Below the pieces are notes generated by a model that saw nothing but the letters and a program-made list of their open reading frames with translations, searched no databases and was not told where the DNA came from. DNA of 64,000 nucleotides from Bilabrum cf. latius (Eukaryota). The DNA lies in NCBI GenBank assembly GCA_965178125.1, contig OZ237735.1, forward strand, positions 1,922,001-1,986,000, written 5' to 3'. The position numbers and the translations under genes are program-made. Positions within the stretch are counted from its first letter, which is position 1. Every line of letters begins with the position of its first letter. Shown piece after piece: positions 35,879-49,368 of the stretch.

Positions 35879-38221
35879 ATGTCTGAGCAGGATGGCATCC
35901 TTCGTTGGAGTACACAGCAAGTTCCCCGCTATTCATCTGAGATGCATGAACGAAATATTCTAGGCGCAAGGGTTGACTACAGGCACCTGGCACGTATTTT
36001 CTCCCCGTTAAGAGATTTTGTGGATAAAAATCCCAAACTTAGGTCACCGATAGACTTTCGAGACCCTTCGGCTCAACGATGTCTCACATAGGGTCTCATG
36101 GACGTATACTTCGGAGTAAATCGCTGGGGATTGCCAAGCGATAAGCTCTGTCCACCTGTTCCAAACCGATTCAATTACATCTTGTGGATTTATGATCTAC
36201 TGAGGTCGATTCGAGTAGGGGGAAAGGCCGCTGAATACTGCCATCCAAGTTTTGGCAACGCCTCATTCTCTGAATTGGTGCAAGCTGGCTTGCCTGCAGC
36301 CGTGGCCGGTGCTAGATCGAGAGTAGCACCCTCTCGGTAGGAAATGATGGCATTTAATCGGGTATTGGGTGAAAATCGCATGCGTGCTGCAATAAAGGCG
36401 CGAGCTGCCGTGGCTGGAGCCGGAGATGCCACTGATGCGACCTCGGTCCGGATTGTGGACGTTGGCACAGGCGCTTCGTTGATCTACCCTTTGCTCGGTA
36501 GCAGCGCGTTCGGGTGGAGTTTTGTTGGCACTGAAATAGACCCCTCCTCGGTGGAGCACGCTCGGAAGTTGCTGGGTGGCATTGGTCCGCCTCACCAGCA
36601 CCACATCCGTGTGCACTGGGCAGAGTCGCCCGAAGAGCGGCTGATTCCCTTGTTTGAACCCCAAGTTGGTGCTAGTGGATCTACTAGCGACGATTCATCT
36701 GCTGCTGCTGCTGCTGCTGCTGCTGCGGCTAGAACGGGGCCTGGGATTAGGGGGAGCCTTGACCTTGACGCTGCGCGCACTCAGCCGAGCGCTGCTGCTT
36801 CGGATCCGATCCAAGAGCAGAGTGCAAAATCAGGTGCTGGATCTTCTGTTTCTCACACAGGGAAACAATAGAGCATTGAAATCGGTTCGAAGCGGTCCAG
36901 GTCCGATGAAGATGGTGCAGGGAGCGCTGCGACCCGGGCTCCAAGCAGCAAGCGACTACGACCCGATGATGGACATGGGGAAATAGCATAGGCGGGACCA
37001 ATGACATGCACCGATGCCACGCCTGATGGTCGTTCAGAAGCCGCAACATCCAGTGAGAAGGGGGCGGGTCGCTCGCATGGCGATGAGATTCAACTCTGTA
37101 CTGCACACGCAGTTATGTGCAACCCTCCATTCTTCGAGTCCGTCGAGCAAGCCGGCCACAACCCAACCACCGTGCTGACAGCTACCAAGCGCGAGCTGTA
37201 GTTTCCTGGTGGTGAAGTTGCTTTTGTACAGGGCTTGATCCGCGACAGCATCGTTCTGCGCCACCGTGTGTGCTGGTACACGACCATGCTGGGCTGCAAG
37301 GGACACGTGGACCTCGTAGTAGCAAAGGCCAAAGAAGCAGGAGCTCAAACGTTTCGAACGAACGTTCTCAAGCAGGGCAAAACCTTACGATGGTGTGTTG
37401 GGTGGTCGTTTTTCGAGGAAGGTTGCTTTGACCCAATGCCAGGCCACGCGGCACGAGAAGCTTAGAGCAGTAGCGCTGAAAGGCCAGGCAAGCAGCCGGC
37501 GGGCGGCGCCACCACTGGCCAGAGCCATAATTTGCTATCTGAGAGCAGGTGTAGTGGTGAGGCTAAGCATTCGATGGGTAGTCGTGGGGCTGTAGCTGCC
37601 TCGAGCTCTTCGAGCGCTGCTCAAACCGGTGTCCCGCGGGCGTTCGGTGGCTCGGGCAGCTCGGAGTTCTCGAGGAGCACGGACTCTCCCGGTAGAGTAG
37701 TCAAATTATTGAAGGATGTGCCCTTTGTAACATGCCTAGAGCGACTCGTTGAATGCTTGCAATCGCCATCAAAGTTTTCTGTGTCCGGTACGGGGCCTGC
37801 GTGTGCCATCATTCGCTCGAAGCTTGAGGAGCTCAGCACGAGTCCGAGCAAGGCCGCCAATTCTGTTGGGCTTAAGCTCCATTTGTCAGATGAGCCGGCT
37901 GCTAGTACCGGTGTGGGTGTAAGCGTTGAAGTGATGGGCGAGCGTGGCGACAGCCATCGAGCAGCAGAAGCTGGCCCATCCGAACAGGTACGCATTGTAG
38001 TGTCTTCTTCGTGTCGGCCGGGTGCCGGCCAGAGCACCAAGAAGCTGGTAATGAAGTTCGCTGATCGCCTGTAGCGCGACATTGTGCGCACTGGAAGGGT
38101 ATGGCGTCGCAAGATTCATCGAGCAACTGCCCAGGCCAGCAACAGCCATGTTGGGACGGCTGCTGTCGCAAGCACCCCTGCCTCTGCGTCCGAGATCATC
38201 GATGAGGATGGTTAGAGCTAA
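35879..38221 (+). CDS. METTL16: METTL16/RlmF-family RNA m6A methyltransferase (780 aa)
   Basis: MHERN, IDFRDP, LCPPVPNRFNYILWI, VDVGTGASLIYPLLG, GTEID, MCNPPFF, GGEVAFV, WYTTMLG and QGKTLRWCVGWSF. Six ORF fragments in one frame joined by TAG; ends in TAA at 38219. Confidence 0.9.
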
Positions 38222-38456
38222 TGGTAGAGTTAGTGCATGGAGTGCGCGGCCGAGTTTGCTATTACAGTGCTCCAGGTCTGCCGCACCCCGCCCGATCCAA
38301 CTTTTCATTGGCCTTACTTAGGGCAAGCTGGAGTCTGCAGTGCGGATTGCGCATCCGAATCTGGATGGGTCTAATGCAGTTTGTCATTGAGCTGGACAGG
38401 TGAAAATTGAGCCGCAAGTATCACTCACAACAGGCAAGCATTGCGCCGGCCCTGGG

Positions 38457-41400
38457 TCACTGGCCGCCTGCCCCTCCTCCCATGGCCACGGCCCCGTCAT
38501 TAGCCTCCTCCGCGACCTGTTCCTAAACATGCTACTGCCTCCAAAAGTCAAACAAAGCTTTGACGCGCACCTCTGCGTCATCTCCGTCCTGTCCACCGAT
38601 GCGGTTGAGGAACTGAGGCGGCTGCGCGATCAGGTTGGTGTACGGGATCACAGCACCCGAGGGCAGAGCGATCGATTGCCTGGAGCTGCCGCTGAATCCA
38701 GTGGCAGCGCACATTGCCAGCTCCAAGCTGGCGCCGATGGCCTCTGCTCTGTGTGAGCTGACAACTGAATGGCTTTGTGACTGCCCGGAATGCCGCCCCT
38801 CGTCACTGGAGCCTGCAGCGGATGGCATGACAGCACTGCCGGGAAGCAATCGCATTGACTCAAGACCCCGCCCATCAGGGCACACGTACCCGCCTGTCGG
38901 AAGTGACCCGTCCGGAGCAAACGGCAGGACTCGGCAGCCTGGCTCTGCTAAAGCAAGATCTTCTCCCGAACTGGTCTCCTTCAGCTTCGTCCACTCCTCC
39001 TTGTTCTGCAGGAGTCGCTCCACCAGGACCGATGCCTCGGGGGCGTACTGCGAGAAGCCCTCGAAAATAGGCTGTGCCACAAACTGCAAGAATCCGCACT
39101 GACTGCCTGCAATGGCGGGCATATTTGCCACGTCCATGAACTGCTGCACAGGCAGCCCTCGCGCGTGCTCCTCGATTCCTTGCCTGTAGAACTCCGTCAC
39201 AACCCTCCTTGACCACTCCACGTGCTAGGCGAACGGCTTTGCCGCATGCCCGATGTCTGCGCATTTAATCACCATGCGCAGCGCCATGAGCACGTCCGGA
39301 ATCGGCTGAGGCTTCACCAAGCCTTCCATGTCGGACTCGTCGCCGCTCAGAGTAGTATCAATGGACCCCTAGCTGGAGCGACTGCCGGATGTGCCCTCAC
39401 CCCGGCTATCCCCATGGCTGTTGTCGTAGTCATTCAACGTGAATCGGACACCTTTTTGGTCCGCTTGCGGCCCAGCTGCGTCACTCTGCTACGGAGTTCC
39501 ACCCGCAGGGTCACTGCCGGAGCCCGACGATGGGGCAGGCTGCGTCACCATCGGCTCCACCGCCCCAAATCTGCGGCTTGACGATCCTTGGGCAGCGAGG
39601 GTACCTTGAGCTCTCCTTTGTCGGAGCAGCTTCCTGCCGTCGTGGCCATACTTGGCGTAGAAAGCGCTGTTCGCCTCCTGGTCCGCCTGAAGCACCTTGA
39701 ACCTGAATTGGTTGTTAAACTCTACTGACCTGCTCATGTCCGTTGCGAGAACGATCTGCACGATCAGATGCCTGCAGTGCCGATTATCATCGACGTGTAG
39801 ACCGGCCAGCGGGTTATCCATGCCCATAGAGTGCATGATCTCCATTGCAGTAGCCACGTGGTAGCTCTCCAGCAGGCTTGAGCCGGGGTACCTCAGCGCC
39901 AGAGGGCTGCTCGTGTTCTCGAGAAGCACGCTGGAGACCATCGGGTGCGCGACATCGTGGACAGCAGGGGCAATCACCGCCGCCAGGCGCTCTACATCGC
40001 TCAGGACCTGCAGCTTGTATGCTCCCAGCAAAAAGACCATGCTGTGTGTAACATCAGAGCCGTGTACCGCAGAATGGTACGAACAGAAGCTCTGGGGCCT
40101 GTAGGTGGCCTCAACCAGGCCCATGTACCGAGCAAGACTGGCACGAGACAGGTCCGCCATGCTGCTTGTAACACCAAGGTACTCCACTGCGCAGTCAACT
40201 ACCAGCGGCATGTGATGCGTCATGCACTAGCCACCAATCTCGGCAATCTTGCGGATGTCCCAATCCCACTGCTTAAACCCCCTCGTGATATCCTTTCTGA
40301 GCTCTACTTCAGCGCTGCGCGCCGGCAGCCTTGACAGAATCACACGGAGGTGGTCTTCGGGCATGTACTCTCCCGAAGGCGAAGTCAGTCGCGCTCTCCC
40401 GACCCCCTCATGCACTGGAGTTCCCGCAACACCGCCAACCATTGGATCCTTCCGGTCTGTTTCAAGACCTTGCGAAGTTGCCGCAACCACTTCAATGTCC
40501 TCCTCGCCCGTTAGCGTACCAAGGGTTCGGTCTAGTGACCGCATGCCGGGCAAAAACCGCAGGTGCAAAGGGCGTTCCACATACAGACCTCGGGTAAGGT
40601 GGACAGGAATCTCGTCGGCATCCCTTAGTTCTGGCTCTACAAGCACGTCACTGGCATTGCTGCGTCGATGCTGCCATGATGACGAGCTCACTGCTCTGCT
40701 CTCCATCCTCGCGCCTGCATCAATGCTGGACCGCCTCTGCTCTTCTTGTTCTACTGCGTCTGCTTTTGCCATTGCCTGCATGTAGGCAGCACGATCTTCC
40801 TCGCTGGCGTTCTTGCCGCCCACATCGGGCAGCGGGACAAGCTACGCCATGCTCTCGATGCTGCGCCTGCGGGACTTTCGCCTGCCACTTGAAGACTTGG
40901 ATGATTTCGACCGAGCTGATCCGGGCGCATCGTCGGTAGCCTTCGATCTAGCCGAGCTCGGTACACCGTCTGCAACGCTGTCACCTTTCGCATCACTCCC
41001 AGTGCCAGCTGACACAGTTCTATCTTTTTTCTCTGCACGTCCCAACGATACGCTATGTTCCCCTCCCCCACTCTGCCCAATTGTGTCCGTCAACCCTGGT
41101 GGCACAGCGTTACTGCTGTTACCAATGCCCATCGCGCCAGAAGCGGGTGCGGGCCCGCTGACAGCTCCGGATCGAATCGTTTCAGAGACAGATCCACCGC
41201 CTGGTGCTAGATTCATTGACGCGACCATGGCGCTGACTGGCGCCTCCGCACTTGCCGATCGGCCGGTTTGGGCGTCGCTATCGAGCTGTGCCACCACGTC
41301 GTCCTGTCGCCCCATGGAGCGGAGCTCGGCAGCACACTGCAGGTGCTTGGCATACGCATACAGGTGCGGGAGTGGGAGCTCGTAGAATGGTTCAGGCAGC

Positions 41401-44400
41401 TGCTTCACAAAGGTGACATCTCTCTTGCGGGGGATCCTGAAGCCGACTCCATCGATCGAGGCGCCGAACTTATGCAAGAGACCTTGTGCGGAAACTGAAT
41501 GCAATGCCAACTGTGTTGCCGTGCCATCGTCAGACACTTGTCTATCTGGAAAGACGACAGCAAGGTCGGTGGTGTTCGGGGTCCCGGCCCGAACGATGTC
41601 GTTCGATTGCCTGCCACCCGAGGCTTCTTTCGAATTTGTACCAAGAACACCATCCGCCAAGGGCTCCCGAATCGACACTGCCGTCGCTATCGAGCGCTTG
41701 GACCCACTGGCGTGAGATCTCGACTTTCCGGGCCGAGAGATGTTCCGGATGGACATCAGCTTTGAGGAGGCTTTCCGCAGCCTCTGCCTAGCTCGCCGCT
41801 TCGATCGCTCGCGGATGGTAGCTTCCCTAACCTGCGCGGGAACAAGATGGCCAGCAACAACCGACGCCACCATGTTTGGAGCGCTCGCCCGCGATCGCAG
41901 CACCATCTACCTCATGGAATCATCACGATGGCTACCGCTGACTAGCTGGGTGCCCGGACCCATTTCCATCGATTCCAAGGGGCCACCAGCCCCACTCACT
42001 TGCATGCCTCCGCTCATCTCATCCCTGCCCGTATTCACCATCGCCTGAGCCCCGAGGGTTTGACCTCTAGTTGCATACATACTTGAGAAGTTCTTCCGCA
42101 AATTTCGATGCCGCCCCTGCGCGCTCCCCAGGGTCGCCGATGACAGTCCTGCGTTCATCGAGTATGTGCTTTGTCCCAGCAGGGCGATCCGCTTTCTCTC
42201 GGCCCGTCTCGCACTTTTCTCCGTGCCATCCGCCAGACCCTTGAGCATGGTCTCCGCACCCTGGGGCATGAAAAGATTCTGTCCTCCGATTCGGATCTAC
42301 TGCTCAAGATTGAGGACGTACCTCCTGGTCTTGCCATCAATCGGGAAGTTTTTCCTGATTCTGGTCAGCAGCTGCAGCGTTGCCTGCATGGGCGAGATAC
42401 CGTTGTCCAGCATCTCAGAAGCGTAGTCTGGGATGAGGTTGTGTCGCATGTCGTCATCATCTGCGCCAGTGTCCGAGGAGAGGTCGTCGGCATGCTCGAC
42501 ACGCTGCACCCCCTCTATCCGTAAGCTCGCAGCGTCGCTCCGATCTCCGCTCGTGCGCCTGTCTGCCGACCCAGATTTTGCATCGCCAGGACGCCCGTGC
42601 ACATCTACAAGCGCCTCTTGGCTCGTGCCTGCAGCGCCTGAAGGAGTTTGCATTGCTGACACTGCCGACAAGCCCCTGGACCGGTTGATGCTCCCACTCA
42701 GCTGCACACCGTCCGTGGCAGAGGCAGAGCGGTCCACCGCCCCTGGCAGTGGGACGCCTGGGATCTCCCCACTGGCCACTAAAGACGTGTCCTGCGATGC
42801 TTGAGGGATAGGCCGTGCCTTGAAAGGGGGCCTTCCCTCGCTATTCGTGATGCTGCCCTTGCGAGGGGCAGTCCTCCGGAGGCCCGCACTCGCTCTCGCG
42901 CTGGTTGTGCCCCTCGCGCTGGCCTTCCCCTTGCCCCTATTATGCTTGCGGCCCTGCTTGTTGCCATACGTTTCCAAGTCATCGTCATCGCTGTCGCCGC
43001 CCTGCATTGACTTAGCAAGCCACCCAGGCCCCTCGGACATGTCGTGGTGGCCGCTCTGCTTCACGCTGCCACCCCCACTGCTGGCCCAGGCGTGGCCGGG
43101 CTTACGACGATTGACGATGGCTCGCGAGGCGTTGGATCGGCTCGAGCTGGAAGGGGACTGCTCCACGCTGCCATCCAACTTGCGTGTACCTCCGGTTCCG
43201 TCGGGAGACAAGATGCGTTCTGGCACAGCCCGTCCCGAGGCTGGCCTGCGCTTGCCTGACGCATGGCTGCTGGCGACGGAGGTGCGCTAGCTCTGCATCT
43301 ACCTGAGCCGCAAGCGCCTGCTGGTGGGACTCAAGTCCGCAATGTCAACGTTCGGGTCGATGACTGCGGCTTGCGCATCGATCGACAGCTGCTTCTGCCC
43401 CGACACTGGGGTTGTCGGCGGGTGGGTGCCGTCATCGTCGGCAAGCCCTCCCCCTAGCACCGTATTACTCATGAGTCTAGATAGCCTCCAAGTGGCCAGC
43501 ACTAGGATTCCAAGCAGCATGAAAATAGACACCCCGACCGTGATGATCCCAAGCACTGCGTAAAGCTCGACGTTAGCGCTGTTGCTGGCCACCTCATTGG
43601 AGTTCACGCTCATGACCAGCACGGTCCCGCGCAGCACGGGCAAGTGGGGAAGCACGACCAGGTGCACAAAATCACCATCCTCCCAGGTGCTGAGCAGCTC
43701 CTGCTCCCCCACCCTGCGGGCAGGAGAGCCCTCTTCATCCACCAGCGAGACTCCCTCCAGGCCCGACAGCAGGTTCGCACGGCTCGTTGTTGCTATGAGC
43801 CCGTTGCCGCCGCTGACGTCTACTCTGGGGTACGTGTCGAACTTATCCAAGCTATCCTCTGCGCTGGCAGCCAGGTCATCCGCGTTGACCATGCTGGTGT
43901 CAACGGCGGGCCCGGTGATATCCTGCGTGTCCGAGGTGGCGATGATGCCAAGGCCACCGGGCTCCACCAGCCTCGTGTGCACCCGCACCCCGGACTTTGC
44001 GAAGAGCTGCTCCTGCACACTCTGTAAAACAGCGTCCAGGGCTTGGGCGGCCCGAATATCGATTCCGAGTACCGCCAGGATCTCCCCTGCGGACGAATCC
44101 GCCACCGAAGCGTCGCCTGCCTCGCGCACCGGGAAGGACATCGAGACTCCGATCCGCCTCAGGTCCGAGGGCATGGAACCGTCGTTTGGGGGACGAAATA
44201 CCACCGGAGTGAACTGGTAGGGAGTGGTAAACAGCGCCTTGTCCTCTGCTGGGCTCGACGCGCTCGCCACAACCTGGGCCTGCTGCTCGTACCAAGGCCT
44301 GCTTGAGGCGTTGAAGGTGGCGGCGTACGTAGCGCGCAATGGCGGCGGCGATACTCCAGCGGCCCAGCGCGCCTGATCCGCAGGAGGCGAGAACTGATCA

Positions 44401-45320
44401 CCTCCAAGACACTGGTGCTGCGGCCGCAAAGCCGGTGAGCCACCCGCGCGAACGGCTCCTTCCGATTCAAGCGTGGCCCGAAGAAAATCTCCCAAATAGA
44501 ACACCTGCCGATCAAATGTAGCGGTATTTGCAACCTCTGTAACTACCATGCCTGCCGGTACGAAAGATGACGTTGTATCTGTCGTGTTTGAGATGCCCCT
44601 GGATACTTGTTGGAACCTACCGTCAGCAAAGCCAGCATATATTGAATCTACGGTCGGGTCTGCAACCAGAATATCTATAAATGCTTGGATTGTCGACCGA
44701 GACCCGAAACAAATGGAAGGACGGATCTAGTCCTGAAAGCCTTGGGGCAGACCCGAGCTTGGGTTGTTAACCGCCGACGTGTTGAACGAGTCCACTGGCA
44801 ATCCACTCAGCTGTTGCAAGGCCCTAAGGGCTCTATCCTTCGAAACTGAGTCAAGTGCTAAATCCAGCTGGACTGCAACTTCTGATCCTGCTGCTTGGGC
44901 CAGGTCGCGCGTCAAATCGGCTGCGAGTGCGTTCGCCTCCCGTACCTGCAGGAATCCCACCGTGACAGATGCTAAGCTTGGGGCCAGGGCTAAGATAATG
45001 ACTACCGCTACGATTCTCCAGTCCATGCAAAACATTGACATGCTTAAGCAGACTGGACGGCAGGAATCGCAGACGATACAGTGCTCCCAACAGCCGAGGT
45101 CGAATGAATCGTCTTGCTGTGGGGCTACATCTGCTTTGGCATAGCTACGCTGTGGATGAAGACGAAGATGCTTGCGCTAAACTTTGCCTTTTGGCGTCTT
45201 GACCACGCCACGACCGTCACCTCCGTGGCTAGCATCAAGGTCGGTTCCCGCAGAGGACTGGGCGGTGCTTGGAGCCACTGCCACGCTTTCGTGCGCAGGT
45301 CCAGGTGCTGGCTATGCCAT
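38457..45320 (-). CDS. Membrane receptor-type 3',5'-cyclic nucleotide phosphodiesterase: TM-dCache-TM-long linker-class I PDE (~2287 aa, intronless)
   Basis: Eight ORF fragments share one frame separated only by TAG. Cache motifs SIYAGFADG, SSRPWY, FTTPYQF and AVLGIDI lie between two TM helices. PDE motifs YHSAVHGSDV, HDVAHP, LESYH, LATD, IKCADIGH, EWSRRVVTEFYRQG and SQCGF. TGA at 38457. Confidence 0.85.
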
Positions 45321-45655
45321 CTACTGTGTCTTCTTTGCAAATTGATAGCCGTCCTCGACCACAAGATTTCAGGGTCAACTAGGTCGAGGGAATAGTGCAG
45401 TTTGGTAGTATCGGGGTCGAACCGGAGCCTTGCGGTCGCATTTGGTCGCAAACTCGAGTGCAGCACTAAACTTGACCCTCAAAACCACTACAGTGCGATT
45501 AAGATACGTGATTGGACACTAGATTTGATATAAGCACTCTCTTTAGCTTGATGGGGCGCGGTGCGCTTGGTTGCGGTCGCATTAATGCGCAGCAACCCAA
45601 CCGACGCAAGGCGACGTGGTGGAACCCGCCTAAAAGAAGTTGACCACGGCGATTT

Positions 45656-48481
45656 TCAATCGTCCTCGTCGGCGTAATACACATCATCCCCAACCCCCAG
45701 ACCAGTTTCAGCTGCACTGCTTGCCAATAGCGCTGATCTAGCACCGGTAAGGGCGCTTCGCTCCGAGACGGACAGGGCCGCAGAACCCCCAGCGTCAGCG
45801 AAGGAGCCAGTCCCGACCACGAACCTGGGCGGCACGTAGCTCTGTTCAGCATTATGGCCACCAATTTCTCTGTTATACTGATCCCTCCCTCTTGAATTCG
45901 CGTCGCCTGCCTGTAGCGAGCCTATGCCAGCAGCTGCAGGGGCCGCCCAGCCCTGACGTGGAGGGGTGCGCAGCGCACGTCCCACCCCATACCCCCTGCC
46001 CCCTCGGCTGTACGAGTCGTACCTTTCGCTACCACCCCGCTGGCTATCACTCTGGCTCCCTTCGCTGGCAGACTCCCGCATGCTGCTGTCCCCTGTTGAG
46101 AGCCTGCTGCGGCCACTTCTGTGCGACCTGTGACTGCCTGGCAGGTGGTGGCGAGACGACTTCTCCGGAGTCAACGGATAAACGCGGTCCCCGGATGCGT
46201 CTACGTCGCCATAGGCCCCGCCTACTCCAGCTCCGGAAACTCCATCGACAAGCAGCCGATTCGTCTCTGCCCTTGCCCCCCTCTTCTGCTGCTTGTACAA
46301 GCACTGCCCCACGGCCATGGCCAGGAGCACGACACCAAGGCTGCTAGCCGCCACGACGATGCCTACCAGCTGCATGTGAGTAAGGCCCTTCTGCGGGACG
46401 AACGGACATGTCCCAGCGGCTGTTCCCACGCCGGGCATCTGCACGCAAGGGGCCGTGTGCGGGTGGCTGTACATGCACTGGTTCATGTCGCTGAGCTCCC
46501 AGCGGAACCTGCGGGCACACGCAGGGAGTTCCCCTCCAAAGTACGTATCATCTTGCGCAGTGACCAGCATGCCCTCCGCCGCGCACCTCGCCAGCGCATG
46601 CTCCTGGAAGCATTGGTAGTACAGGCAAGATCCAGGCGACATGTAGGCCTCCATCGAGCATCCCGCAGTGGCCGCCTTGCCACCTGCAGACCGCGCGCAT
46701 TGGCTCAGCGCACTCTGGGTCTGCAGAAGCGGCACGCTCGCAGACAAGGGCAGTCTCCAGCGCAATTGGCCGTCCGATGCGATCTCACAGCGGTACCACT
46801 GGGTGGCAGCGGCGTCCCGCAGCACCCTGCTAGGAATAGGCCACTGCTGCTGGGGAAGCCCCAAGGCAAAGGATTCTGTCCAGCGAGACGGCAAGGTTCT
46901 TGCCCTCATTTGGACCGATGCACCTGCTTGGTCGGCTGCTACACCCCGCTGCTGCTGCTGCCCCTCCTCCTCCTCCTCCCGTCTGTCCTGTTCCCACGCG
47001 AGTCTCCCCGCCTCTAATGCGCTGCTAGGCTCCTGCACGTGGTTGCACATCTTCCCAGTCAAAGAGCCGTCGGGAGCCGCGGCGCAGCGCATTTCAAAGC
47101 GGTCCGACGTGAGATTGTACGCCAGCGCGGAGAACCCAGACTCGCAGAACGGCTCGAAACCAGGGGCAAAGGCACCCCCCGCCTCACGGTCCGTGTAGAA
47201 CAGCACGAGTCCGCCCACGGGAATGCTGCCGACCCCAACGCACTGCGGCGCGGCAGGCGAGTCAGCCCTAGTTCCGGCCGGGTCAATGTCCGGCTGCCAG
47301 CACACGCTGCCCTGCGTGCAAGGGTCTACCATGGGCATGCTCCCCGTGGGGCTGCCACACTGCGAGCCAACCTCGATGCGCGGGGTGCACACACCTGGCG
47401 CGCCGTCCGGATAGCCTGATCTGGCGTGCTTTGCAGCGCCTTGCGCGGGCGGTACAGAGCTGGGAGCCCCTGCTAGCTCGCTGGGAGCCCCTGCTGGCTC
47501 GCTGGGAGCCCCTGCTAGCTCGCTGGGAGCACCTGCTGGCTCGCTGGCACCTTCTACGGCAGCCGCGAGGTGCCTCCGGGCCTCGTGTCCCAAGGCGCCC
47601 CACGGATCCTGCCAAAGCGCGTGCTGCATGGTCCCGTCTACTCCAGCCACAGAAAAAGCCCATTTGCTTCCTTCCGAAGACTGCTCATTCGCCTGCTGCT
47701 CGACAGACGCCATGGCTAGCCCCCCTGGGCTGCGGGCACCCTGCCACGCGATCGCTGCTACGGCTCTCCTGGATGGTGCGCGGGAGAGCGCGCGTGCGAG
47801 GCCGAGTCGGGCACCCCTATCTGCAAGCGGGGCAATGGTTCGAGCTAGTGATTCCGTCCAGCGAGCCAGGGCGCCCGTGAGGGCCCCAGCGGTCGCGTTC
47901 GGAGGAAGCTAGCAATACAGCCCAGCGGAGCATGTCTCGTCCTAGAGAGGGTCGTCATCGACCCCGCCGCATGGAGACGACTGAGCAAGTCCCTGACAGG
48001 TTCCATACACGCACGGAAGATGGGCGCTGGGATTCTGTGACGCGGCATTGCGAACGCAAAACAGGCCACTGGTGGAGCACCCGTCACCAGGAAGCATCGG
48101 GCCATTGCTTGGCACACAGATCTTCATCTGAGGGTCGCAGCGCATTGATTCTCCGCATACATACTACGTATCGGGCTTAGTGGGGTCGCATACTTGCCCT
48201 ATCGTTCGGTCTGGTCGCTACACGCGCGTGCAAACGCCGCTCAGCTCCCCGCTGTCGTGTGGCCTGTCGTCATCGATGACTGGACCACTACTAGAGTTGA
48301 AGTGCGGTCCCACCGTACAAAATAAATCAGAGCTTTCACATGGTACTGATTGGCTACAAGGCTGTCCTTCCCCTGCACAGGAGCCGGCGGCATCCTCAAC
48401 GACGCGTAGTGCCTTGCTTGACGCATACGTTCTTATGCAGCCCATCAAACCCAACATAATTACCCCATGTAGCTGAAACAT
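45656..48481 (-). CDS. Cys-rich type I membrane protein (~941 aa)
   Basis: ORFs 48218, 47942 and 45656 are one frame joined by TAG. Signal-like MFQLHGVIMLGLMGC, many Cys-rich modules, TM LVGIVVAASSLGVVLLAMAV and a Ser/Arg/Gly-rich cytosolic tail. Ends in TGA. Confidence 0.72.
47456..47546. repeat. 21-bp tandem repeat, ~4 copies (GAPSE[L/P]A)
   Basis: gctgggagcccctgct(a/g)gctc repeated inside the Cys-rich CDS. Confidence 0.9.
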
Positions 48482-48738
48482 ATGATTAACTTCGGTGGAG
48501 CTGTCCCTCAACACGCGAAGCTTCGCAAGACTGCAGCAGCAAGCGTTTTCTTTGTATTGCCAAGAAGCGAAGTCTTCGATGGCGCCGCGCAAATTACGGA
48601 CTCCGGAACCATCACAGTTGCCGGTGCGTTGCTGTTGCACTGCGCGGTCCGTTCATCACCCTCAGAGATCTAACCCAACATCTCGGTCTTTCTTATTACT
48701 ACTATCACACTGGGTGTACCAGCTAGTCCGCCGCAAGT

Positions 48739-49368
48739 ATGAAGGTTTCATCAGGGGTGCTTGGGTTCGTATTGCTTGGCGCTGTACGAGCATAGGAGAC
48801 AACTAGCACGCCTACGCCAAATCCAACCCCAAGTATTACTCCTGGACTTCCAGAAGAGCAGATTTGCAACTATGCATCCTACGTTCAAGCCGTTGACTTC
48901 GAGATTGACGAAGGACTTGCTGCAAGGGAGCTGCAATGCAGAGAGACAGTCGACAATCTAAGAAAACAGCAGTTTGGGCCGCCTACAGAGTGGGAGATAT
49001 TTAACACTATGTGCAAGGGCGAGTGCAGGAGCTACGCAGACAGACTCATCCGAATTGACGCTTCGAGTACTTGCCGTTGCGCTCGCATACAGGACCCAGA
49101 TTATGCATGCTTCACGACTCCAACTGACTACCTGTGCCAGTTGCTTGAGATATGTAAAGGGTTTGACTCGTACATCAATGAGTACTGCCTGCCTTCGTCG
49201 TGCGGCAGGTTTGCAGGGAGCGAGGCGGAATGGAGGGAAGCCAGGTCGGCATGCGGCGCGCCACGAGGTGCTGCCCCCGGGCCGGGCGGCCGATCCGCTG
49301 GGGCTGTAGTCGGGTCCATAGTCGGCCTAGTTGGATTTGCGCTGGGGATCAGCGGCGCTCGCTCGTGA
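48739..49368 (+). CDS. Small Cys-rich secreted, probably GPI-anchored surface protein (209 aa)
   Basis: MKVSSGVLGFVLLGAVRA*ETTSTPTPNPTP... is a signal peptide followed by TAG (48793) and a Thr/Pro stalk, in frame with ORF 49009-49368. Multiple Cys and a hydrophobic C-terminus. Ends in TGA. Confidence 0.78.
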
